Positions 38,150 to 49,987 are shown, numbered from the whole stretch's first letter. The stretch is DNA of 63,955 nucleotides, filler included, from Octopus bimaculoides (GCF_001194135.2; 4 parts of 4 records of this genome joined end to end with filler, not necessarily neighbours in it), one strand, 5' to 3'. A program made the numbers and translations. Notes: a model not told the origin generated them from the letters alone.

Positions 38150-39065
38150 ATGGAAAGGCCTCTAGTATGGATGGACTAGGTGCAGGGATATATAAATATG
38201 GTGGTGATCATCTTTGTGCAATGTTGATGGATGTGATTCAGAGAGTTTGGCAAAATGAAGAGGTTCCTCCGGATTGGCGTGATGCAACTATGGAGATACT
38301 ATATAAACCTAAAGGTGGAAAGGATGTCTGCGATAATCATCGCGGCATCTGTCTGTTAGCTGTTGCTGGAAAAGTTCTCTGTAGAGTAATATTGCTTCTG
38401 CACATTGCTGATGAGGTTCTACCAGAATCGCAATGTGGGTTTAGGGATAGTAGGAGTACTATCGATCTGATATTTTCAGCTAGACAGATGAAAGAGAAGT
38501 ACCTCGAACAGGATATGGACTTATATCAGGTTTTTATTGACCTAACAAAAGGGTTTGATTTTATCAATAGAATTGCACTTTGGAAAATCCTAAAAAAGCT
38601 AGGATGCCCTGAAAAATTTGTGAGAATGCTTACACAACCTCATGACAAGATGGAAGTGAGAGTTAATGTTGGAGGTACCTTATCAGATCCAATTTCTGCA
38701 GAAAATGGTGAAAAATAATGTGATATTCCTGCTCCTACACTGTTTGCTATATATTTCGCAATAGTCTTTCAAATAGCTTTTAAAGATTGCCATGAATGGG
38801 TCTATATAAGATATAGGACAACAGGAAAACTGTTCAGTCTCAAAAGACTCTGTGCCAAAACGAAAGTTCTGCGTTCTCACCTTGTTGAGTTTCTGTATGC
38901 AAATGATTGTGACCTGTTGGCACATTCTCAGAAAGATATGCAGCACATGGTGAATGCGATGTTTGCAGCATGTGCAACATTGGGTCTAACAATCAATCTA
39001 AAAGAAACTGTTATAATGTACCAGCCCACTCCATCCAAGATGTATCTGAAACCTTTTATAACTGA
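38148..39065 (+). mobile_element. RTE-clade LINE reverse transcriptase fragment
   Basis: GKASSMDGL...VPPDWRDA...NHRGICLLAVAGKVLCR...LPESQCGFR...STIDLIF...FIDLTKGFD...LGCPEKF...PTLFAIYF...LYANDC (decayed YADD)...GLTINLKET. In-frame stop near 38718. Confidence 0.92.
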
Positions 39066-40209
39066 AATTACATACTTGAAGTCAGTGTTGGTAGAAATGA
39101 AATCAGCTTGCAAATACACGTTTACTTTACTAAATTTATACTGGAGCTAAGCCCGAACAGCTCGAGTGCCGGAGTCGCCACTGATATATATATATATATA
39201 TGTATGTATATATATATGTATTTATGAATTAAGGCTACCATTGGTTTCATATTTAAGAAAAGTAGGAAAATATCCTGGTGTTATATTAATTTTTAAATCC
39301 GAACACATGGAAAAAGGTTTTTGCCCCCATTTTGGAAAACAGTCTCGTTTAGTTCGCGGAGCTTCTCGTAAATTCACGTAGATAAAACACTGTATCAAGG
39401 GACATTATTCTTGGGTCGCATCTTTTGGATGTTTGTTTCCTTTGGATATGCATTTCGGGTAAATTTTTGAGTGGTCAACTTGTTTACATTATTTTGTTTT
39501 TGTTTTGGGCATAGTGTGCTTATATTTGTGTGCCGAGGAGTTCGTCATTGGAGCATACTTCTTCTTTGTGTGGAGTTTGTGTGCTATATGTGTTCACATT
39601 TAGGAAAGGGGTTATCCTGGTGGGGTTACCGTTGCAGGTAAAGGAGTTTCCATGTGATCGGCTTGAAACATTGTTACGACACTAGGATATATTCCCACTT
39701 TTTAAAACCAATTGTAGCCTTAATTCACAAATAAAGAAATTATATCCACCAAAGCGGTATTGAGCACTCATTTTCATCCTTCTCCACACAAGAAAGAATC
39801 AACAAGGAGAATCTTTTCATAGAGAAATTCCAACCATTTCTTAACACACACACCCATCAGTGACCTTATTTCTCTATGAACAGACACAAACTTCCTGTTT
39901 TGAAAAAAAGAGTTCATAACTCTAACTAAAAACACTTGTCTCCCCTTACACACACTTCCTGTTTTGACACCACATTTCCTGCTTAACACAAACTTTTAAC
40001 CCTTTTTTTAAACCTAACAAAACTCTCAACTCTCATGCATCCTTATTTTTCCTACCAATTTATACATGAACTACTATTGAACTACAAAAGCTCAAAGACA
40101 ATATAATGTATGGGTATATTTATTTTTTTTATATATTATTGTTTTATATATTATTTTCTTCATTTTGTACTTTTTTGTACTTCTTTGTAAAAAAACATTT
40201 TCATTCTCC

Positions 40210-40250
40210 TTCTTGATAATTTGCTTCATCGCAATGAAAACCGGTTAGAA
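40210..40250 (+). ncRNA. Minimal hammerhead ribozyme motif, U3-A8 core variant
   Basis: TTC-TTGATAA-T-TTGC-TTCATC-GCAA-T-GAAA-ACCGGT-T-A-GAA: stem I TTC/GAA, stem II TTGC/GCAA, palindromic stem III AACCGGTT, UUA cleavage triplet. Confidence 0.65.
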
Positions 40251-40394
40251 AAAATCTTCATTAAATTATGCTCCCAGTTCAGCATTCTGGCTTTTTTACA
40301 TTTTCCTATATATATATATATATATATATAAATTTTTTTTCGTAATGAGATAAAACCAAGGCTGTATAGATTTTAGAACATTTATAAATAGAAG

Positions 40395-40442
40395 GTCTTA
40401 CAGCTGTTTCCAGGATATTTATTATATCCCTTCATCGGAGAC
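40395..40442 (-). ncRNA. Minimal hammerhead ribozyme motif (U4C)
   Basis: GTCT-CCGATGA-A-GGGATAT-AATAA-ATATCC-TG-GAAA-CAGCTG-TA-AGAC: stem I GTCT/AGAC, stem II GGATAT/ATATCC, palindromic stem III CAGCTG, GUA triplet. Confidence 0.7.
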
Positions 40443-41250
40443 GGTGTGGGAAGATGGTTAAACAATAGTTAATTTAGATAAGATACGAAATAGAAAGTGA
40501 AGTGGAGGTATGAAACTAGATGTGAGACATGCAGAGATATTGTATTTGTAGATCCATTATTTATGCAGAATGGTATACATATAAGATTCCAATACCTTGT
40601 GAGTAAAATCCAATAGTATTTAAAGTTGGTTATTCCAAGTATAGAGTTTATACACCGTGCTATTGAATCAAGGATTTTGTTTAAAGTGACCTAAAAATAG
40701 GTCAAATCGAAAACAAGAAGAGTGGAATAAAGAAAGAGAAAAAAGAGAAAAGAAAGAGAAGAATAAAAGAAGTAAAATAATAAAATGATAAAAAAGAAGA
40801 AAAAAAAAACAAGAAGAGAGGAATAAAGAAAAGAAGGAAAAAAGAAAGAAACAAGGATAGAGATAATAAGGGAAGGTGTACCGGTTAGTGGTCAGTCAAG
40901 ATAATTTGAAAGTAGGAATGGGGAGATAAGGGTGATAGAGAGAGAAAGGTATTAGAGTGTAAAAAGATAGAAGGAATGGTGGGGGCCGTGATAGAGAGAG
41001 AGAGAGAGGTATAAAAAGTAAAGGAGTGTCAATTGTGTAGTGATAGAGTCTAAGTGATGGGGCAGAGACTGGGGTAGTAGTATGGATGGAAGAGTTTAGG
41101 AATTTAGGTGGTTGGACAGGTCAGTGCTTAGTAGTAGAAGAAAATATATGTGAAGATATATTCATATTTTTTTTTTTTTTTCATAATGTAACCTCGTGGG
41201 CATCGGTACCATTTTCCTCTTTCTCCGTTCTTCCATTCTCCGAACTTTCC

Positions 41251-41285
41251 ATCTTTCTGAAGAAGGGCTACGCCCGAAACGTCAT
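41251..41285 (+). ncRNA. Minimal hammerhead ribozyme motif, canonical core
   Basis: CTGAAGA-A-GGGC-TAC-GCCC-GAAA-CG-TC, GUC triplet ending at 41283. Stem I is poorly paired in this copy. Confidence 0.7.
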
Positions 41286-41493
41286 ACACTCTCTCTTTCC
41301 TTTCCTGAGCGTCCAATAATACTATCCATATCACGTCCTCACCTTGTTGTTTTTTTGTTTTTTTGTTATTGTTTTTTTGAACTATATATATNNNNNNNNN
41401 NNNNNNNNNNNNNNNNNNNNNNNNNNNNNNNNNNNTTAATTAATTAANNNNNNNNNNNNNNNNNNNNNNNNNNNNNNNNNNNNNNNNNNNNAT

Positions 41494-41527
<34 letters not shown>

Positions 41528-41559
41528 GAAAGGTTTTGGTATCCAGTGCCCTTGATTAA

Positions 41560-43645
41560 ATCAAAGACACTGATTCCGAATCCGCACTCAGAATTGTTCT
41601 GGCACGTCAGGATTTTGAGTTATGCGCATGCGCAAGATTATAACTTTACTTTCAGCTAGATATAGGCCATATAAAATTTGCTAAAATGAAAATGGTCTGA
41701 ATTCAAAATTAAAGAAACAACAGATTTAAAATATACGATGAGAAAGTTCATTATTTAGTTTAGCAACAGATTGCGCTGACGTATTGTGTGCAATGACAAG
41801 TACGTCAGTTTGTTCTTGGTAACTCTGTTTCGTTTGCGCTGCTCTCATGTATAGTATATGTATCTCTCGCTCTGCGTGATTATTGTTTTAACTGTGTCAT
41901 TGTGTTAGATCATGAATAGGACAGGATGTGTGAATCACCTAGGCAACTTTTGCTATGACTGTTGAAAATTTGCTCCGCATGACCAGCAGAACATTGCCAC
42001 CAAATTAAAAACTGCCTGTAAATATTATTTCGGGTATAAAGTTGGGGACCAAGACAAGAAGTGGGCACCTCATATATGCTGCATAGTGTGTTACTCAGGG
42101 CTTACACAGGGGCTGAATGAAAATCGGAAGGGAATGTCTTTTGCTGTACCAATGGTATGGCGTGAGCCAACCAATCATGTCTCTGATTGTTACTTTTGCA
42201 TGACTAACATTAGTGGTTTCTCAAAGAAGACCAAAGTAAAAGTTATGTATGCAGATTGTACGTCGGCTCTAAAACCGGTCCCACATGACTTCAGGAACTC
42301 TCATACATGCTTCACTTGAAAATCTTGACATGTCACTTGATGAACCCACTGACTCTCCTATCGACGAAGAGTACGTAGTTGAATTTTAAAAAATGAGCTA
42401 GGCTAGTTTCATCAAAAAGATTTGAACGATTTAGCAAGTGACCTAGCATTGTCAAAGGAAAGGGCTGAAGTTATGGGATCCAAACTACAACAATGGAATC
42501 TCCAATAGCAAGATATGAAAATTTCCGTTTTCCTTTCTCGCCATAAAGGCTTATCTGTCTTTTCCAAGCAAGAAAACAATGTTTGTTTCTATACAGACGC
42601 TAATGCACTCGTGCAAAAACTAGGACACGTGCATATGGATAACGAATAGAGATTGTTTGCAGACTCGAGTAAGGTTAGCCTCAAAGCTGTGTTGTTACAT
42701 AATGGTAATGAAAAACCTTCCATTCATGTGGGTCATGTTGTCGGTATGGAAGAAACTTATGAATCGATGGAACTCATTCTGAAAGGAGTTAATTACTCAG
42801 TTCATAAGTGGAATATTTGTGGTTTTTTAAAGGTGATTCCTCTCCTCTTAGGACTGCAGCTGGGACATACCGAAAATATATGCTTCTTGTGCGTTTGGAA
42901 TAGCTGTAAAAGACTAACCTAAAAGAGATGAGCACATAGTTGGTAGGTACAATGTGCAGCATATGCTACTGGTAGACCCACTAAAGGGCTTCCTTCCACC
43001 CCTTCGCATCAAACTCGGCCTCATGAAAATCTCTGTAAAAGCAATGACTCACGATGGTTATGAGTTCCAGTACCTAAAACTAAAATTTGGTGCAGAGGAA
43101 AATGACGCAAAACCGAAGGCATTTTCATTGGACCCGTGATCAGAAAACTGATATCTGATAGAAAATTCAGAGGGAAACTGATTCAAGTTGAGTTGACAGG
43201 ATGGGATTCATTCGTATTAGTAGTACAGAGCTTTCTTGGAAATCACAGAGCTGAAAACAATGCTGATTTAATAAACAACATGCTAACAAGGTATAAAAGA
43301 ATGAGATGCCGAATCCCTTAAAATGCACTTCTTGCATTCTCATCTCGATTCTTTTCCAACGAATCTTGGTGCCGTTAGTGATGAGCATGGTGAGAGGTTC
43401 CACCAGGACATATCTGAGATGGAAACGAGGTATCAAGGCCGTTTCAATCCACGCATGATGGATGACTACCGCTGGTTCGTACAACGAGAGAACAGCACGA
43501 CGCATAAGCGCAAGAGCAAGTGTCTCAAACATTTCTGAGCTGAGCATATCAAAAATAGATATTATAGAATTTAAACAGCCAGTGGTATATTTCTGTTTAT
43601 TGTCAAACTACAATTATTCCATTGGTTGCTGGAAAAATAAAAGGT
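41560..43645 (+). mobile_element. Degenerate DNA transposon, probably Chapaev3 (CMC superfamily)
   Basis: Decayed transposase 41912-43538: GDQDKKWAPHICC..C, FAVPMVWREPTNHVSDCYFC, LFADSSKVSLKAVLLHNGN, PPLRIKLGLMK, HFLHSHLDSFPTNLGAVSDEHGERFHQDI..METRYQGR. Family assigned from recalled motifs; TIR and TSD not established. Confidence 0.75.
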
Positions 43646-44053
43646 ACGTTCAGTGATATACCCATCAAATATATAAGAAAAGTGATATCAAAACGATTTA
43701 TCACGCATTTAGTTAGGTAAATTTCTATGACATAGTTTAAGAAACCTTTTTATTCCAAAGCACATTAGAACAAATACAAATCATAAGCTGTGAAACTTGG
43801 CAGCTATAGAAACAACAAAGTTTCCTACGGGAAGACAAAAACACTATATTGAATTTTTTGAAGCATTCGTGCATAGAGTTTCCTAACAGAAATGATACAG
43901 TCCAAATAAATAGCTCCCATGATAGTTAGTACTAAGTACACACGTATAAGAATAATGGATTTGCTTAATGTGTTTTGGGCCATAAAAATTTATCACAACA
44001 TTTGAACATTGTATGTGACATTTTTATAACTATAGTATATCGTTTTTGATCAG

Positions 44054-45128
44054 ATGCAAAGCCAGTTTACATTAGAGAGTACTACAAACTACAAAATATT
44101 GATTTCTTATTCAATCTAAGCCATTTCTTAATCAGCCATACGTTTATAAGTAAAGGAAAGAAAATGTGTGGTGTTCATGCATGCACTAAGGATATTACCA
44201 TCGTAAATGAGCTGACAATAGACTCCTATAAATTAGTCCGCACATTAATTTTCTAATGGTTTACATGCATAAGAAATCCATTGAAAAGAAAATGCGTAAT
44301 TATCGCTGTATCTTGTTGTGAGAGATCTAACAAGGTCGAAACGTTATCCCTTGATTTTTAAACTTGCACGTTCACCTCAAGGGTAATAAATCAAGAATTG
44401 TTTTAGAGTTAAATAAATATTCTTATATGGAATGAGTAAATCAATGACGTGTATTGTATTAATTGTACTTCGTAAAAAGATAAATCAGAATTTGGGCTCA
44501 AAACCATGAAGTTCTATATAGTTAAACATTAAAACTGATTCCTAATCTCTTGTGCCAAGTGTTTCGCTCATATTCCAGTATAATATATCGTAGAAAATAT
44601 TGAAATTAAGTAATTGTAAGGTGAGATCTATGAAAATGTATGATTTAATCATTGATCTAAGAACAGGTATGAGTGGAACCATACAACAAATCAATTTTCT
44701 GAGAGGTGCCTAAAATAGACAGGGAATACCTATACACAAGATCAGACGCATTTGCGAAATTCTGATTGCTGAGACTGTAAATAAAATTTGTTTCCAATCC
44801 AAAGTTCAGATTCAACAATAATAAGTTTTCATATATAAATTTTTTAAATTTATTCGCTAAACGACGTCTTCTATAATTATTCGAAATATTGGAATAAGTT
44901 GCCGCCTTGGAATGTAACTGGACATCTTAAAATATGAAAATATTGGAACAACTTCAAGAATAACACTATATTCCAAGGTTATCCTGTTACTGATTTAAGC
45001 TAAAAATAAATAATCACATCAAAACTGTAACAACTCCACTTATTTTCCATAAAACTGATTTTAAGAACGACGTAGAATAATACGAGCCAAAAGAGAAGCC
45101 TCTTACGTAGTCGCTTGGTCTCCTAAAG
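44054..45128 (+). CDS. Unidentified plus-strand gene, candidate exons 44054-44202, 44594-44666, 45066-45128
   Basis: DAKPVYIREYYKLQNIDFLFNLSHFLISHTFISKGKKMCGVHACTKDITI / KILKLSNCKVRSMKMYDLIIDLRT / ERRRIIRAKREASYVVAWSPK. GT-AG boundaries with mutually compatible phases (0,1,1). Confidence 0.45.
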
Positions 45129-45274
45129 GTAATAGCTATATCTTCGTCAAACCACACCGCCATCTTAAAAAACAAAGGAGACATGAGACAATGCAGTCTT
45201 ATGTAGTGTCCCAAAGAGACGAGATTGTCAGATTGTCACGATTATCTTTGATTATATGTCTAATCAACAATAAC

Positions 45275-45341
<67 letters not shown>

Positions 45342-45506
45342 TGAATATATAGTATAATCTAAATGTGCATCCATCATTACCATGAATTGGGATCTAGCAA
45401 TATTTCTGTTTATCCTTTCTTTATACATAAGAATGTATTTAAATAATGTAATTTCTTAGGTTTAACCTAGGAGCTCCTTACATTGATTATATAGTTAAAC
45501 TCTTTC

Positions 45507-45585
<79 letters not shown>

Positions 45586-45622
45586 AAATCTCTGAACGAG
45601 GTATTAACAGTAACTGCACGGC

Positions 45623-45988
45623 AAGGTGAAGTATATTTGCCACTTAAATGTGGCTGACCCCTGAGGGTGGATGTTACTGTTGCTTTTAGCCCCAGGAGAA
45701 CATCTCCCCCAGCTGGCTATCGACACACATCTGTGTCCTGTCTGTATTTGCAAAGGGAAGTCATCCTTCCCATCTTGATCTGCGATACGTACGGACTCGA
45801 GTTTCTGGGTATGAGTCCGTACGTATCGCAGATCAAGATGGGAAGGATGACTTCCCTTTGCAAATACAGACAGGACACAGATGTGTGTCGATAGCCAGCT
45901 GGAGAAGATGTTCTCCTGGGGCTAAAAGCAACAGTAACATCCACCCTTAGGGGTCAGCCACATTTAAGTGGCAAATATACTTCACCTT
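45623..45988. repeat. Foldback palindrome: 176-bp arms, 14-nt spacer
   Basis: 45623-45798 is the reverse complement of 45813-45988 with 3 mismatches by manual comparison. Confidence 0.95.
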
Positions 45989-46036
45989 ATATGTATATAT
46001 ATAACAAAAAATATAGACAACTGAATTATTTTATAG

Positions 46037-46876
46037 TCAGACATGTAACCAAGAATGCATTTGATATTTGTACTACATTTTTATTTAAAATTAATACACT
46101 TAGTTCATCGCTTAACTTTAGGAATGTGATGTCATTTATCTCTAAAAGTAGTAGCAGAACTGCAGAATGTATGGGTGATTCCCTTTTCTGCAATACTGAG
46201 TTCAATTCTATCCTAGGAGGAGAGAAGCTTTACTTCCCATCCGTTGAAGACTACATGGTAAAAAATAGAGAAAGTATCCATCGAATGATTCATAGAAATG
46301 TGTATCCTATAATGAAATCAAATAAGTTAGCTTGGTTGCAGACTGTTAGAAAGTTAATTTCGCAATCTGTCTAAAATGGATAATGGGTGTGATTGGAAAA
46401 TTTGAAGATGTAACTTCTAATTCTCGTGGGTTAAACAACCGCATTCCCTCGCTGTTTCCTTTATATTTAAGCTATATACCAAGACATGACTTCTTGGTAA
46501 ACTGCATTCTCTCCGAATACAGGTTGCATTGAGTGGAAATGTCTCAATCAGTTTATTACTAACTAGCACACAAAGGTTTTGTGATCTCCACTTTGCACTC
46601 ATACACAAGCAATATATCTTTCTATAGGAATACTGACATTCTAATTAGAATCATAGTTTTACATTTTACTAATGAAGAACTATTTTCTAACTAGTACAAC
46701 TGCACTGAAAGAAAGTATTATACATTTTTTCTATGTTCTTATTCGACAATGTTGAATCTGAATTCCATAGAGAGGAGTGGTTTAGTGGCATCAGACATCA
46801 GTTGATACAAATACCACGTTCGCCTTATTTACAAACCGGAGATAATCAATTTAACTTGTGTTCCAAATATTTTAAG
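46037..46876 (+). CDS. Unidentified plus-strand gene, candidate exons 46037-46257, 46350-46522, 46771-46876
   Basis: VRHVTKNAFDICTTFLFKINTLSSSLNFRNVMSFISK...GGEKLYFPSVEDYM / KVNFAICLKWIMGVIGKFEDV...NCILSEY / REEWFSGIRHQLIQIPRSPYLQTGDNQFNLCSKYFK. Open frames in AT-rich DNA with compatible phases (1,0,2). Confidence 0.55.
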
Positions 46877-47006
46877 GTCATTTATACGGTTACATGGTTG
46901 CTATTTGTGTACCAGTCCTTTTCCAGTTAAATAATCATTAAAAATATCTATTTGATGCACAATGATTTCTAATGAGAGCCAACTTAGCCTAAAACAACAC
47001 TTGTAG

Positions 47007-47300
47007 GAGTAATGAGAGTTCCAGTAATAACGTCACAGATAATGATAACGTCAATAGTAATGCTTACCAGTGCGACAACGATGACATTCACACAATTGGT
47101 TAATTATTTTTAATTGGGCACTTTTTTCCCAGTATGATAATACGAACAGGGATAGGCATACTTAACGTTAGAGACAAGAGCAAACATTTATAGATATGCC
47201 GCCGGCGAAACGAGTCCGTACTAAAGAAACTCACATACACAACCAACATTTACTTCAACAAGAGTTAATGATTTGCGATATTTATAAATACACGTTGTAA
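47007..47300 (+). CDS. Unidentified plus-strand gene, candidate last exons 47007-47098 and 47194-47300
   Basis: SNESSSNNVTDNDNVNSNAYQCDNDDIHTI / DMPPAKRVRTKETHIHNQHLLQQELMICDIYKYTL-stop. Phase-1 join over a 95-nt intron, NLS-like PPAKRVR, AATAAA near 47366. The phase link to the 46876 donor is unresolved. Confidence 0.45.
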
Positions 47301-47720
47301 CAATGTTATTTTGAAGTAATACAATCGGCAATTATTATTTATGCTAATATATGATATTTTCCACAAATAAAAGTTTTAAAATTTGTCACACATACTTCAG
47401 CCTTGTCACCTGACTCGAAAAATTCACTTGCAGCACTAATTGTAGGTCTGATACTTATGGTATCGCACTTTTTACCGGCTAGAAAGTGGTAAGGAACCAC
47501 ACACATACACACACGCACACATACATATATGTGTGTGGCAGGCTTTCACATAGTTTACGGCCGGGTCTATAGTAAAAAGACACTCGAGGTGCTACGCTGT
47601 GGGATTGAACCGGAAACCACATGACTGCGAAGTGAACCTCTTAGCTACTTGACTGTGCCTGTTACTCATAGTCCAAAAATTAAAAGATAACATAATTAAA
47701 TTAAATTTACATACCTAAGT

Positions 47721-48140
47721 ATTATCAGGCTGAGGAAAAAGTAAGCAACATTTAGTAACATGATATTCATCACTATATATTTCAACAATGCGGAAATTTT
47801 ATTCATCAAAGCATGTACCATTACAATCGACACATTTTGCCAACGAGTTGCAACTTTGTTTATTCCTCTCGCAGGAAACCATCAAGGTGCTTGAAAAAGT
47901 TGTAGTCGGTAGGAGAAAGGTCTGGAGAATAAGCTGGGTTGGGGAAAGAACTTCGTATCCAAGTTGCTTCAACTTCTGGAGCGTCATTAGTGAAACGTGT
48001 GATCGAACATTATCAAGAAGAATGATTTGCCTTCTTCTGCTGACCAGTCTGGGACAGAGGAGTAACAGTTTTTCGTTCATTTTGGGCATTTCATGGCGAT
48101 ATGTTTCTACAGTAATGACTTTTCCGGGTTTTAAGTTATA
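47721..48140 (-). mobile_element. Mariner transposase 3' remnant with terminal repeat
   Basis: LKPGKVITVETY...IILLDNVRSH..MTLQKLKQLGYEVL matches mariner LLHDNARPH..T..KL..LG.EVL. TIR-like tatcaggctgaggaaaaagt near 47722. Confidence 0.85.
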
Positions 48141-48144
48141 GTGG

Positions 48145-48480
48145 ACTAGCAAAGGTACCCGGCGTTGCCCTGTATAACAATTTACAGGTGTTAGCTCTGA
48201 AGCGGACCTTTGAATGTTCACTATGAAATATCTCTGCGGCGATGCTGAAATATCTCTGCCAGCAAAGATGAATCCGTTGGTAAGAATTTAATCTTGCTTT
48301 TCCTGAAGAGAGCCGTGGATCGTTCACTCTTAAAAGTCTCAGCGGCGGTGCTGCCAGCAAAGACGAATCCAGTGATAACAATTTATAGTTGGTGGCCCTG
48401 AAGACGAACTTTTAACGTTCACTTTGAATTATCTCGCGGCGGTGCTACCAGTAAAGATGACTCAACGTGTGGAAGTGTGG
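48145..48480 (+). mobile_element. Helentron-like non-autonomous element with internal about 100-bp tandem repeats
   Basis: 5' end actagcaaaggtacccggcgttgccc. Three diverged units sharing cggcggtgct.ccagcaaaga.gaatcc at about 48238, 48343 and 48438. Truncates the mariner remnant. Confidence 0.5.
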
Positions 48481-49489
48481 TCTCCATCGGTATAGTTATT
48501 GTAATTTTTGTAGGAGGAGGAGGACACTCGACTCTAATGTGACCTTTCTGCACACTTGAAGCATCTAGGCTTCCTGCCCTCCACCATTACCCTCAGTGTC
48601 CTATCACCCACCACTATGGTGTCTCTGATAGCATTTTGATCGTTTTGCTAGTTTGTCTGCTTCGTTTACAAGTGATATTTGTATTATCTACGTATATTAG
48701 AATACAGAATTTTGTTTCAGATTTGTCTGATGCAAAATCATTAGTTATAAAATTAATATTGTGACATGGGAATATTAAAAATAGGCGTCATACGGAACAT
48801 AATCGAAGGTAGAAGGCCTTGAGAATTCTAAAGTTTATGTAGTATTCAGTACGTGAAATTTACCACTTTCTCTTCTAATATACGTATGTTTATGCACATG
48901 TGTGTTTCTGTGGCTCCTTGCCTCTTCACTCTTGATATCCTAATGCATTTAAGATCATATGCCAAGTGTATCTTATTGCAGCTGTCATACTACTTCGCAA
49001 ACTTTCACACATTAATAAATTTTTAATTGGAATCGATTAGATTCTATATCTGAATAAGATGCAACTGAATAGCTTTATATATATCATAAGACTTCAAATA
49101 TTAATGGATTTAAACTCCTTCATAAAATGACGCACCTAAATTCAGATTATAGAAGAAATATAGATATTAAGTGAATCATAACCTTGATCGCATTTGGGAT
49201 ATGAATCCGTAAAATTTATTACACAAAATTATTTACTGTGATGCAAAGAATCTCATGGATATATTCAAATATATTCAAACACTTAATTAAATGCATACAC
49301 ATGTATACACCTATTTATATATCATATGAGATGAATTATACATTTTCTAGATATTTATCTTATTCGCTCCGATAGAGAACACTCACATTCAACATCAATA
49401 CAATACATATGCAGCCTGAATTTCGGACAAATTCATATTTGGTTGCAGTAAATTTTGGTTCAGTTGCAAGTATTTTACAGAATTGATTA

Positions 49490-49987
49490 TTACGACCAGG
49501 TTAAATTCTTCTTTGCAGAGTAACATATGATGTAAAACTTAGTAAAGAAGTGTCTTGCTTGCGTTGGAACATAAAGTAGAATCCACAGCATATTAGCAGT
49601 TGTTACAGGGTCATACAAAATGCCTAGCAATATTTGTTCCGTTATTTGTAGATTGAGTTCATACCCATATCCAGGTTGAATTAGTATTTTTCTTTTTTTT
49701 TTTTTGATCACTTCGGAGTTGTGGTGATAAATTAGCTGTCCTAGATGAAAACTTGACAAAATTGTCAGAGTGCTTGACGGAATACTTTGCAGTATTGTTT
49801 CTGACTCTTTGGGGTTTTGGGGTAGTAGTTTTAATCCAAGGCTCAGTTTAACATCATCTCTTTGGATGCTTTTGGCGGAAGTCACTCTGTTGTAAGTGTT
49901 CGAACAAGAACAGAGGTTTGAGAATGATTTCCTTCCTCCCTTCATCGCACTAATCTTAGAGATTCCCCAAAACCAAGAGTCAATCAT
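49490..49987 (-). CDS. Candidate exon or pseudo-exon, unknown product
   Basis: 165-codon open frame in AT-rich DNA, with an internal acceptor (acacttacaacag near 49888). Stop-interrupted protein-like frames lie upstream at 50.3-50.6 kb. Confidence 0.3.
   Translation of the reverse strand: MIDSWFWGISKISAMKGGRKSFSNLCSCSNTYNRVTSAKSIQRDDVKLSLGLKLLPQNPKESETILQSIPSSTLTILSSFHLGQLIYHHNSEVIKKKKRKILIQPGYGYELNLQITEQILLGILYDPVTTANMLWILLYVPTQARHFFTKFYIICYSAKKNLTWS

Larger units (their letters stand above)
39226..41390. mobile_element. Cluster of Penelope-like element remnants in mixed orientation
   Basis: Plus-strand STQERINKENLFIEKFQPFLN (about 39790-39850) resembles the GIY-YIG C-terminus of Penelope ORFs. 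Inverted partial duplicate 39220-39290 versus 39675-39730; three hammerhead-type terminal motifs. Confidence 0.7.

Noticed and set aside
44310-44350. Hammerhead-like TTGTGAG-A-GATCT-AACA-AGGTC-GAAA-CGTT
   Set aside because: A9 is lost, no stem I can form, and there is no Penelope-type flank, so it is probably chance. A similar remnant near 50648-50680 lacks the core.
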